Positions 25,279-37,071 of a DNA stretch of 64,000 nt are shown here, in pieces; positions within the stretch are counted from its first letter, which is position 1, and each line of letters begins with the position of its first letter. The translations under genes were made by a program, and so were the position numbers. The DNA comes from Hydrolagus affinis (Eukaryota), in contig JAAILG010000196.1 in the NCBI GenBank assembly GCA_012026655.1, forward strand, positions 62,001-126,000, read 5' to 3'. The notes under the pieces were generated by a model. That model was not told the DNA's origin. It made no database searches and saw nothing but the letters and a program-made list of their open reading frames with translations.

Positions 25279-25895
25279 AACAACAACAGCAACAACAAAA
25301 TTACACTTGTATAGCGCCTTTCACGTTGGGAGGACGTCCCAAGGCACTGGACAGTCAATGTTTCAGATCCAAGCTGGTTCGGGATCGGGAAGGGTGGAGG
25401 GAAAGGAGGGAAATTGGGGTGACCAATGGGACCGTCGAAGAGGAGAGTATTGAGGCGGGACTTGAAGGAGGCGAGGGAGGAGCGAGGCGGAGGAACTGCA
25501 GGATGGAATTCCAGAGGTTAGGAGCAGAATGGCTGAAGGCTTGCAAGCCGATGGTGGGGCGAGTGGATCGGGGACATATAGCAGGTCAGATCCCGATGAG
25601 CGGAGGGAGCGGGCAGGTTGGTAGGGGGTTAGGAGGTCACAGAGATAGGGTGGCACAAGGCCATAGAGGACTTTGAAGGTAAGGACAGGATTTTGAATCC
25701 TCTGAGCGATGGGGAGCCAATGGAGTTGGACGGGAATGGGGGAGATGGGGGTCACAGAGCTTGGAGTGGGAGAGAACACAGGCCACAGAATTCTGGATGA
25801 TCTGCAGCCTGTGGAGGGAGGAGTTGGGAAGGCCGACAAGCAAAGAGATGGCGTAATTGAGCCTGGATGTGATGAAGGCATGAATGAGAGTTTCA
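25279..25895 (-). mobile_element. L2 LINE, 5'-truncated (ORF2 C-terminus, 3' UTR, (TTG)n tail)
   Basis: Frameshifted peptides LVGLPNSSLHRLQIIQNS / LHWLPIAQRI..TFKVLYGLVPPYL..Y.PARSLRS / AFSHSAPNLWNS match the L2 ORF2 end. Confidence 0.92.
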
Positions 25896-26965
25896 ACTGA
25901 TTCAACAGAAATAACCGGTAAAACATTAACTTGTGGGTCTCAGTGTTCATACATGTGCTTTTTACATTTTCTTTTCCTTGGCCAAGACACTGCTCTGAAG
26001 CCAGAATTCACCAGCAGCAAATACCCCGAACTGACTGCCTATTGAAGCACCTTACCAGGGTAGCACCAGATAATTAAGAGCAGCCATGTCATACAGACAT
26101 TGGAAATTAGTTTCATATATGTAGCTTTCAAAGAAGATAGATTTGGTTTTAAAGATTATCTCATACTTTACTGCTTCATTCAGAACATGCACAGTATTAA
26201 TAACAGGACAACAAAGAGAGACGGAAAGTTGAAGTGGATGATGATGTTAATCATGGAAATAAGATCATGTAGCTGCCAAAGACAAACATATGGTCATCTG
26301 TAATTACTTAATATGTGGTCATGGAGAGTATTTGTTCCCTTTGGAGCTACTGGGAATTCAGATACATTTGCTCATCAGCTCATCACCAAGTTTGTGGCAT
26401 TTGTACCCAATCACCAGTAATTTGGTAGTTACTGATTACTTCTATAACACTTCCCAATTCCACATGAAGAAATACATAGTAATTTACATATTCCCAATAT
26501 AGTATCACACTACCACTTAAAATAGACTGTACTTTAGAACAGCAGAGCATTTGTGATAACGCCAGCACAGGATTGCAGCAGCTCAGTAAGCACCAATGCA
26601 CAATGTCTATATATACATATTCATTACATTCGGAAAGTAGGCTGAGCTAAGCTGTAAATTGTGTTTCATACAGTGTATTTTTCTCCCACATGAATTACGG
26701 CTTCTGTGGCAAGAAAAATGTTAGAACCTGGAAATGATAATGGAGTAAACATTTATATTCTAAAAAAATTATGTTGATGCTAATTTGAATCACAAAATAC
26801 GTTTACCCAACTTGAACCATAAAATATGTTTAACTAGACAGATGTGTATGCAGAAAACTATGCAGATAAACCATAATCAGTAGCCAACATCCTAGCTACT
26901 GGAAAATGTGTGTCACTCAGTCTTCCACAGGGAGCAAACATCATGAGCATGGTTGATCCATTTCC

Positions 26966-27035
26966 AACAACAACAACAACAACAAATTACATTTATAGAG
27001 CGCCTTTCACGTCGGGAGGACGTCCCAAGGCGCTG
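26966..27035 (-). mobile_element. minimal L2 3' stem-loop insertion
   Basis: (aac)n aaattacatttatagagcgcctttcacgtcgggaggacgtcccaaggcgctg, flanked by ATTTCC direct repeats. Confidence 0.85.
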
Positions 27036-28128
27036 AAATTTCCCTTCATTTCTTACAATGTTAATGTTATTCTTTATTATTTTTAATTTGTCTGTTTTTT
27101 CTAAAGTCCAAATTGCACCTTATTTTCAAACCTTATTTTCATCTTTTACTCCCTGTTCTTGCTTTCTGCACATCTTTTTTTTCCAATGTAAGGAGGCCAA
27201 TTATGCATTTTATATTGATTCAAACAAATCAAAGATTATAGCACAATTGTGGATTCAGACAATTAATCTCAAACTAATCAGAGTGTGATTTTAAAAGACA
27301 AGGGAGCAAGTTAAGGAGGTTCAGGAACAGAAAGTCATCTATTCAGCCCATCAAGCCTGTTCCACCAATTTTGATAAATCTTGGCAGATCCCAATACTAC
27401 ACACTTTCACCATACATCTTAATATAATAATAATCCTTGTAATAATACCTCTACTATTGAGGAGATCGAGGTTTTGGCACGAAGAAAAAACTGAGCTTGC
27501 TTGAAGCAGTTTAGCCATTGACCACAAATAAGAATTTCACTTGAGATCAGAGGAGGTACTGAGATCTGGTGAAATTTATCACATGCACCAGTTGATAACT
27601 TTGAGAGTGAAACACTTCAATCACTATGTTATGAAGTTGCTGCATGAATATGAAGTTTGCAGGAAATGGAAATATTTTAAAGTAAATGTAGCTCTGTTTG
27701 ACTCCATCAGTGACACTACTAACCTTTACTAATCTCCATTATGGGTTATAGTGCATTTCTAGCAATGAAATTTGTACTAGCAGAACATGTTTGCTATATT
27801 ATCTCAGATGTTAGCAATTGTGGAGGCTCAAATTATAGAGAGGCTACACATGAAAGCTGTGCAATTCCTGCTCCTTTCAACTATATCACTCAGTCCAACT
27901 GCCTTTCATATAGACTGAGGTTCTAACATTGAAACCTAATTAATAGGCGATTAAAAATAAGATGTCATCAAAATCAGTCCGTTTATTCTTCATTTCATAG
28001 AATACAATTTCACAATAAAGATTATGAAAGTGCTTTTTATTTGAAAAAATTCCAAATCGAATGAATAATATTAAAGATGGTTAGTGGAAACAAAAACATT
28101 CACATTACAAGACACAAGCAAGCCTACC

Positions 28129-28156
28129 AACACACACACACACACACACACACACA
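28129..28156. repeat. (CA)n microsatellite
   Basis: About 13 CA units read directly. Confidence 0.95.
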
Positions 28157-30709
28157 TCCTTTGAAACAAAACATGCCTTTTCACATTCTTGAGTATAAAA
28201 AGACTATTCACGACAAGAATTTCATGTTCAGGACAGTGTGTCTCTGTATCATCCTCTGCTGTACCACAGAGTGATCTATAGATCAAATATTTCAGAAGAT
28301 TAGAGACTTTACAAGTAGCTGTCAAAGTGACAAATGATCAAACTATGAAAAAGATACTCTTAACTTTCCTGTAAATTAAAATAATATCTAATAGAATTTA
28401 TACAGCATCAATGTAGAATAATTACCAAAAAGTAGGATAAAACTTGATTATTTTGCAATTTCTAGTGGGCAGCTCCAGTTTCAATTTAAAATGTGCTGAT
28501 CATGCTGCTGACCAACAAGTTATATGGATGCAATAGCAAATATCCCCCAAAACAGCACAACTAAAAATGCTGCTTGCAAGAAATGCTCTTGTTAGATCCG
28601 GCCTTCTCTAAATTAGCCAATAAACTTATCTTTGTACTTCAGCTATTTATTATTCACTCAGAACCTGAAAAGCAAATAAAACAGAAAACACTTACAAAGA
28701 GAAAGAAATTTAAACATATGCTGGTGATTATCTCCATCAAACAGACTGCTGCAGCACATAATCCCCTGGAGACTTGTCACCCATGCCACCTCACCTGGGC
28801 AGAAACAAAAAGGAATCACAACCACCTTCAGAAGAGAAGTGCAGGAAAGCAAATTGGCGAGAGAAGAAATAAAATGGATAATTAAGGAATATTTTATGCT
28901 TGGATCAGGGCTTGAATATTTAAGAGCTACTGTGCTTGAGCAGGAAGCAGTAAATGGAAGTGGTTTGTTATGTTAGAATGAGAATTAGGTTCAGTTTACA
29001 CACGTTTATTTAGAACAAACAAATCTGAGAAATTAAAACATTAAATAATTTCTAAATGGGACATCTGGTATTAATATGCCAAAGGTCTGTGGCATTGCAA
29101 TTGATAAAGTCAAATCTAATAAAAATTTAAACTGCTAACCCGTTGAAAATGAATAACTACTATGAGATGTATGTCTGGTGCTGAGACTGTAAATCATTTT
29201 TTCCAAATAGCTATTATTGTTCTTTTATACCATGTCTCAAATTTCAGGGTGAGGGTTAGCATTGCGTACATGTATTTACAATTGAACAATTGTGAATATT
29301 TGCCCATATATAATGACTGGTTCACATAAAAAATTGGGATATTAGGTTTTGTGGTTTGCAATACCTGGAATATCAAGTACAGTTATAACCTTATTGAATT
29401 TCCTCCATATGGCTGTAAACTTGAAATGTATTTTCTTTAATGACCAGAAAGAAGAGATCATGTTTTAGGTTTCAGTTCCTAGAATTCTATATCCAGGGCT
29501 TTAAACAACATAATTAAGGAACAAAATAAACCATTTGAATTTAACATTAAATACAACACCTTCCTATTTCATGCATCCAATATTAGCATGGATAACTCCA
29601 TACTCCAACTCAGTCAGGTAAGGGTCAGTTCGATGCTCCCTTTATTCTGCCGAATAATATGCATCAGTTCCACCCTCTAAAGTATATCACCTACAGCAAA
29701 AGCATGTGTTTTTCTATTTTCCACATCAGGCATCTGTAGCCTCTCTGAATGAATTAACAATTTAGGACTGAATTATGGGGCACACTCATTCCCCTAATTT
29801 CTACCCCTTTTTTTTCAAATTGCTGACAAACACTTAAGATTGTGTTAAGATTCTAACATATAAATTGTTTCGATTTAATCGAATGCCTGAAATGCATCTC
29901 CACACATCTGTGCATTTGTTAATGTGGAGAATGACAAGCACAAAACAACAACAAGAAACTCGCACCTTACCCCACAGGCACATTGTACTGGACCACCAAG
30001 CTATAATGTTAGTTTGGTAATACAGTATATATTTTTCACATTGACGCATAAAAATATACATTTCAATAAATTTAGGGTAACTTTTGACATAACTAATTCT
30101 TATGTCAAACTTTTTGATACCATCATAATTTATGTGAAAAAACAGAGAAAGTGATGACAGTTTCATGTAGCTCAGTCTGTATTTTAGTGACTGTAGCACA
30201 GTACCAGTTACCACTTGATCCAGCTCATCAATCTACTATGCTACATATGGAAATACTGATACGTTCCTCTATTTTCTGCTGACAACTCATGACTAGAATC
30301 ATCCATCATTGCTTCAGAATTGAGCCAACAATCTAAATGCAATTACTTTCTCTGCCAATAATGAACATAAAATCGTTAAGTCTAATGACCCACTGTACTT
30401 CATCTCCGACACAATAAATTGAATCCATTGTACAATTTTAAGCAAGCAAAATAAACTTAAATTGCTACAGCAAAAATGTTCATCTTACACTATTAAGTTT
30501 ATTTTTAGTCTGTGCAACCTAAAAGAAACATAATAAATGCATAATCTATCTAGTTGCCATTTGAACGTATTTTACAATTAATAACAAATGTCTACTTGTC
30601 ACAAGATTTATCCATCTCTCGCAATAATTAATCAGTGTATGCTAATTTCAGCTCACTATCTTTTGAAATCAGAACTCATTGTAATAACATTTTCTAATAT
30701 TTAATAATT

Positions 30710-30978
30710 TGTCCTGTAGTTCAGTGGTTAGAGCGAGAGACCTGGGTATTATTCCAGTCAGGGCGAAATTCCAAGACAAGCTCCCTTACTCCACATGCCT
30801 GATAATAATCCCACAAGATAAAAAAAATTGGCCATTTCAATCCACGTCTGTTTGTTGGACATTGCTGTGTGCAATTGGCTGCCGCGGTTTGCCCATAAAT
30901 ATTCAGTCAATTCACTTTACAGTATATTCTGCGAAGTGCTTTGAGACGTCTAGAAGACGTGAAGGATGATTATTATTT
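30710..30978 (+). mobile_element. tRNA-derived SINE
   Basis: gtcctgtagttcagtggttagagc...tgctgtgtgcaattggctgccgcg...gagacgtctagaagacgtgaa, with a short TTA tail. Confidence 0.88.
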
Positions 30979-32414
30979 TTATAGAGTACTCTCTCAAAAT
31001 AAATGCTAATATGTTTATTTCCTAGTAAGAAACAAGTCTACATGCCTACACTGCTGCTCTAGACTTATAACCTTATTATGATTGCCTTGACTGGGCAGAT
31101 ATAAAATAACACATATTAATAAACATTGCATTTGATTTTCAATCATTGAGATGACTTAAAGAGCTTCAGAGTTTCTTGTTAAGTGAATTGACTGTATATA
31201 TTATATATTCAATTCAATATATTGCCTAAGGAAACACACTATTTGAAAGTCAATAGTTGAAATAAAGTATATTTCCAAATGTAACAGTACGAAGGTTACA
31301 CATCTGTTTCACATCCCAGTTCTGACAAGAAGTGTTCCTGCCATGGACTATTTGGGCCAAATGGCCTGTTTCTGTGCCATTTTATTCTATTGCTCTTTAT
31401 TTTTGAAAACATAAAAAATCTGAATAGAAATACAGTATTAACCTAAAATTGGTGTACTCACTCACTTGAAGGAGCATCAACTCAAGATTATTAGTTGTCA
31501 AGAGATCTTTTGTGTACAAAGGCTTGCTAGGTTGTGGAACACTATCACAAGTGACTACTGAAGCTGAGTCAATTATGTTAATTAAAACGGGAAATCGACA
31601 GATACTTGAAGAATATAGATACTTAAAAATTAAAACGAAATGGGGGCAGCGCAGAAAAATGGGACCTAGTGCTGGATGATGGGACCTAGTGCTCTGTATG
31701 ATAAACTTTATGAACAGTAAAAGACAAGTCACTTTTATTTCTAATTAGACTTTAAACAAATTCGGTAAACTACACAAGTTAAACGTTTCTATCTCCCATC
31801 CCTTATTCTTGTTCTGGGGATTCTGCTCCCAACCTGGCAAAGACCTAATTTTCCTAGCTTGTGGGTTGTATGGCTCACTATTAAATATGCGTAGAAACAA
31901 ACTGAATATAAACTTTTTGTGTTCAATAACCATGTCCAGTTCTGCCAGCATGAGGAATTGTGGGAGTAAATTTTTAAAATACAGGTATCCCGCCCCAACC
32001 GCGGCCTCGCCAACCACGAAACTCATGCATCCACGGTTTGCTAAATGTGACAACCCTCGCAAACTGTGTTTTGCGCATTCGCGATTTAAATCCGCAGGTT
32101 TAAATTTTCAAGTTTCACTCCTCCAAACAAGGACAAAGCATTCATCCGCATATTGGTATGTATTCATCTGCTCCACATTTCCCGCCTATCAGCATCTTTA
32201 CTACCCCACGTGGTCTAGCTGCACTCGTGGATCTACAGGTACTGTGTGTGTACGAACAGGTAGCGTATAGCACTAGGACCCAGTTTGCGATATTGCAATC
32301 AACCAGTGACAATGCTTCTCTCTTAGGATTAAGGTAAATACAGTAACATGAATTTATTGTCGCTTCTCTGCAGCCTAGCCAGTAAGTTTGGGAGCATTGG
32401 CTGCCAGATCTGCA

Positions 32415-32715
32415 TCCTCTCTCTGTGTGTGTGTCTCTCACCTTCTCTCTATTTCACCTTCTCTTCCCCCTCCCCCACCCCTCCTTCTCTCTTACCTTCT
32501 CTCTCTGACTCACCTTCTATTTCACCTCCTCTTCCCCCTACCCCCACCTCCCCCTCTCTCTCTGTGTCTGTCTGTATCAGTCAGTCAGCACCCCCAGCCC
32601 TCTGTGTCACCCCTTTCCACCACCCTCAGTGTCGCTCTCTCTCTGTGTAGATCAATCAGATAGCACCCCTGGGTCACTCTCCCCCCCACCAGCACCCTCC
32701 GAGTCTCTCTTCTCT
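32415..32715. repeat. pyrimidine-rich (CT/CCT) low-complexity tract
   Basis: Read directly. It explains the Pro/Ser-rich pseudo-ORFs here. Confidence 0.8.
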
Positions 32716-32749
32716 GTAGCGGATTGCTGCAGATCCTGGCAGCCAATAC

Positions 32750-33041
32750 GCCCAAACTTACTCGCCCTATCCCCATATACTGTGTTATAACTGTTTTTTT
32801 GTGTTTAGTTTTACTAATCGCAAACTTACTCCCCGTATCCCCATGTTTTGCATAGGGCTCTGCAGTTCCCAACCGCGAAAAAGCAAATTTATTCCCCATA
32901 TCCCCATGTTTCCCATAGGGCCCTGCATTTTCCAACCATGATTTTTCCAATGGCGAAGGTTTACAGGAAGGTATCCCCCACGGTTGGGGAGGGATACCTG
33001 TACATGTCCCCGGATTTCATTTACAATATATGGTCAACCTA
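32750..33041. mobile_element. probable hAT (Tip100-like) transposon end with about 60-bp subterminal repeats
   Basis: It terminates in ...TGTCCCCGGATTT...TATGGTCAACCTA, the reverse complement of TAGGTTGACCATA...CCGGGGACA. Three diverged aaacttactcccc.tatccccat units precede it. The other end was not found. Confidence 0.5.
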
Positions 33042-33044
33042 GTA

Positions 33045-33243
33045 CAGTAAAAGCCTGTTTATCTGGTACCCTCAGAACCTGGCCAACGTCGGTTAAAGCG
33101 CGTGCCGGATATTCAGCCAAAAACACAAAAAAAATGCATTTTTCCGGATAAATTCTGGTTAATTGAATGCAGACCTTTTTTTTGCAGTGCCAGTTATATG
33201 GAAGTTACGGTTGATTGGGTCACGGATAAACGGGATTTTACTG
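33045..33243. mobile_element. Tc1/pogo (Tigger-like) MITE
   Basis: TIRs CAGTAAAAGCCTGTTTATCTG / CGGATAAACGGGATTTTACTG, with TA on the left flank. Confidence 0.78.
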
Positions 33244-34894
33244 TTTTAAGCAATGTAGACCTAGAAGATTGGAGGGGAAAGAAATATCTAGAATTTTCTG
33301 AACTGCAATATAGATAATCCCTTGTTTAGTGATGACATTATTTGGCCTCTTCCATTTGCCACTAAAACTTTGGTGGCATGTTATACAAATTAGCACAATA
33401 TCACCAGGAATTGCTGTTTCCACCTGGTAATAGCTGCTGTAGTGATTTTGTTTTAAAAAACAAAATGAACAAGGAATCTACTAGTCAGGAATTTTTCCTT
33501 TAACAAAATATATTTACTTTTATACAGGTGAAGTCATATCCTGAGCAGCGCAGAGCTCCAGCCATGAAGGTTTCCCTGCAAACAGAAATTTTCCAGCCAA
33601 TATCTTGATTGTGCCAGACTTTTCTAGTTTCTCTGTCCATTGATGCCATTGCTAAAATTCATAACAGAAGTTTACATTTTCAGATAGATTAGAAAAACAA
33701 TGACAACGGCTAATTTCTGTCACTGGGATTCCCTTCTATGCACCAACTATAAAACGTTCCTCTACAGAACCACCAAGAAGCTACGTGTGTGCTTTGTGTA
33801 TGTTTGTTAAAACTCTTCTCCAAAACACTTAATTATGGTTGGTATAAACTTAATTTCTCAATATTTTGGAACACATCAGATAAGAGCATAAAAACACACA
33901 TTTAAATCATTAACTCCCTATGTTACTTCTACTCCCTTCTTCACTCTACCTGGATAATTTCCAACATAAATACAAGATGTTACTAAAGCTGCAGACAGGT
34001 CCGCTGTTCAGCCAATTTTCTCCTATCTTGACAATAACAACTTGTGTGCTTGTCCTAAATAGAAATTCCAGTAACCATCATTATGGGGCCAAACCCCTTT
34101 CATTTTCTATCCAAATAAACAAGAGCATGTCTTTAGGAATGAGGTAGAAAAACAACCAACCCTATAGGTTATTTGCCAGGCTGTAAGCATGTGTGCAAGT
34201 GTGACCTTGTCAAAAACCACAGGAAGTCACAAAGGTTTTGAATTGCCCACAATGACTAATTCTAATCTCCAAACTGCATCTCCATTCCTAGCATAAAAGT
34301 ATTCGCCGTAGTTGTCATATGTCAAGGTGCACAGATTCTGACCCAGATTTACTAAGAATTAGTATGTATTGCCGACTGTGCTAAACTAGACGAGAGTCTA
34401 ACTCAAGTGATGAATAGAACACATGCCAACGTCTGAATTTTCACAAATCTGGCACTTCAGAATAGAAATCTAAATTACAATTCCTTCTGTTCATGGTCTG
34501 ATGTTCTTTCCAGCTGCCAGCCCCAGCTATTCAACAGTCAGAACTGAATGCCAGAAAGGCATAGCTGCAATGGAACAGTATATATTTTTATAGGAATAGA
34601 TTTACACAGTATATAAACAAAACATTTATCACAAGCAGTGAGACATTTAGTAGCTTCCAAACACAACAGAGCCACTACAAAAGAAGTACTGGACTGAAAA
34701 ATATGAAGCCAGCTTTTTCCATTAAAACTTCACAGAAAATAGTTTACACACAAATAATTACTGTACATGGGCTCACACAGAGGGCCAGAAACAGAGGTTG
34801 TCAAGACTGACACAAACTTCTGTCTACTGGAATTAGTTGTCACACAAACAATGACAAACAAAAAAAAGCAGAACAAAAGGATAAAAATCTGTAC

Positions 34895-34897
34895 CAT
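34895..34897 (-). CDS. PLEKHG4: candidate start codon at the end of a first exon (ATG|gtacag), giving M-DSESLDAC...
   Basis: AAGAAAATG|gtacag is phase 0 and matches the acceptor at 19839. It has an A at -3 and an in-frame TAG 5 codons upstream, and lies in a locally GC/CpG-richer block. Confidence 0.55.
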
Positions 34898-34959
34898 TTT
34901 CTTTATGATATTCTATCCTTTCCTGCTACACTTTCCAACCACATAGTTCCCCTTTTCCT

Positions 34960-35160
34960 TCCCCGGCATACGATAGATCCTTAAGAACGCTGGTCGCTGC
35001 TTAAACTGATGGATACAGTTGAGCACACCAGCACACCCAGTGCATGCAGCTGTGATCCAGGCTTTTGCCCGCCCCTTCTCAAGGTTTCCAGCAAACCTAA
35101 CTCATGACACATATGGTCAGCTGGGGACTACTGCAAGGGGAGTCCGACAGCCGACAGGCA
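34960..35160 (-). promoter_or_regulatory. candidate promoter/5' UTR of the PLEKHG4-family gene
   Basis: GC box GGGGCGGGC (plus strand gcccgcccc at about 35067-35075), E-boxes CAGCTG and several CpGs in non-repetitive DNA just upstream of the ATG|gt exon. Confidence 0.4.
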
Positions 35161-36064
35161 ATGTACAATAAACAGCACCATTTTCATCAAAGAAAATAAC
35201 TGAAATGTATCAAAGGACTTTAAAAATTGAATAGTTTGTGTTACAACTTTATTTGTTTGGCTTCTGCAAATATAAAGCAAAAATTACTAGAGTGAAAGTA
35301 AATATTATGAAAAGCAGCAATGTGCTATACTTCTGATGTTGCATTCTAATAAATAAAAGCCTCATTTTAGTTTTGCATAAAATGAGTTATATATAATTAT
35401 GAACCAATGGACCAAGCTATTTATATTTTCTCACCAAATTGGGAAAGAAATATCTAATTATGAAGTATTCCCTAATTTATAAAAATATAAAAAACTCATT
35501 TTAAAATAAGAATGACTCATAAGTGCTGGCAAGTGAGCACAATGAGTAAGCCTTTGATCTCTGAGGCATTAAAGAATTTCTGCCTTCAAGACATTCCTAC
35601 ATTAATAGTGTACTCACTATTTAGAATCCAGAGATCTATCCCTGAAAACCCTTGAACCACCCCATTTCCTTAATTATGCATATAGATGAGATGATTTCCT
35701 GTGACTACCACTGTCAAAAAAAACACATCTTTTCCAAAGGGGAGAAGCATGCAGCATCAAATTGAATTGAATCCAATTATTTTCCTCTACACAGTATATC
35801 TTGGGAATTATAAAACCAAACTAAACTTTTCAAGGGCCTTTATAAAATGTTTCCTTTCAAGAAAACTTCAGCATTACATCAGTGGGTGTAAATACCTTTT
35901 TTTTTACATAAACAAAGCAACTCTTGTTTTCCTCTGCATTGAATGGTGAACTTTCCTTAAAGAACCCTAAGTCAGTCATCACATTATCAATTATAGAGCA
36001 TTAAAATATTCATGCAAGATAAAATGTTTGGGAGCAATTTTTAAAATACTGATGTGCTCCCAAT

Positions 36065-36368
36065 GGAACACTGTGGTTAGAAGCACTTGCTTCACAAGCA
36101 GGAGGAGACCTGTGTTTGACTCCCAGCAGGGAGAAATCTTGGTCAAGTTTCCTTATTCCAAATGTCTAATAATAAGCCCTCAAGAACAAAAATAATGAAT
36201 TGGTCACTTCAATCCACGACTGTTTGTGGGACACTGCTGTGCGCAATTGGCTGCCACATTTCACCCACAAATACAGTCAATCCACTTACAGTATATTCCG
36301 TGAAGCACTTTGGGACGTCTAGAAGACATGAGAAGCTTTATATCAAATGCAAGGATTATTATTATTAT
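36065..36368 (+). mobile_element. tRNA-derived SINE
   Basis: gtggttagaagcacttgc...tgctgtgcgcaattggctgcc...atcaaatgcaaggattattattatt. Confidence 0.88.
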
Positions 36369-36715
36369 TTATTCATTTCTCTTGTACAAACTTAACAAGG
36401 CTACACTATGTTTAGTATTACAATAGCAGATATAAAATTGTGCTAAAAAGTTCAAAATGTTCTTCATACTTACTACAGCTCAATAATATTTAAAATTAAG
36501 TGTCATTTATTGTGATTGCTTTATGGTAATTCAATATTTAAGTGGGTTCAAAGTAAAACGTGCATTTGTTAATGCTTCAAATGGGGAGAGTAATCCCAAA
36601 TTAGCAATGGCATAACAAACCAATTTCCTCTACAACTTTAGCAATACAGCATGAAGTCATACAAAGCACAAATTTCCATGAAATCTAATGGAATTCCAGA
36701 GGAGAAAAGGCTTAC

Positions 36716-36815
36716 AGCAACAACAATAAAATTACACTTGGAGCGCCTTTCACGTCAGGAGGATGTCCCAAGGTGCTGGACAGTCATTGTTTCAGACCCG
36801 AGCTGGAGTAGGGGT
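36716..36815 (-). mobile_element. L2 3' end
   Basis: caacaac..attacacttggagcgcctttcacgtcaggaggatgtcccaaggtgctggacagtca. Confidence 0.8.
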
Positions 36816-37000
36816 CAGAATAGACAAATCATACATAATTCCCCAAATACACTAAATGAGAAACGCCATATACAGCAAGTTTTATTTTAATAATTGTCTA
36901 CAGTTGGTGTAGTTTACTGTTTTGGTGCAGCACATTTCACTGTTTTAGTGCATATCCTTTTCACTGATTGCATGTAATGAATCAGGATAAACCCCAACCC

Positions 37001-37071
37001 CTGACTGTTCAGCGCCATGGGACGTCCTCCCGACATGAAAGTCACTCTAAAAATATAATTTTGTTGTTGTT
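37001..37071 (+). mobile_element. L2 3' end in the opposite orientation
   Basis: ctgactgttcagcgccatgggacgtcctcccgacatgaaag...aattttgttgttgtt. Confidence 0.8.

Noticed and set aside
25326-25950. Cluster of overlapping ORFs on both strands
   Set aside because: Frameshifted L2 ORF2 remnant and its antisense shadows.
31745-32950. ORFs of 90-153 aa suggesting a small gene cluster
   Set aside because: They arise from low-complexity and repeat sequence, with no recognisable domains or splice support.
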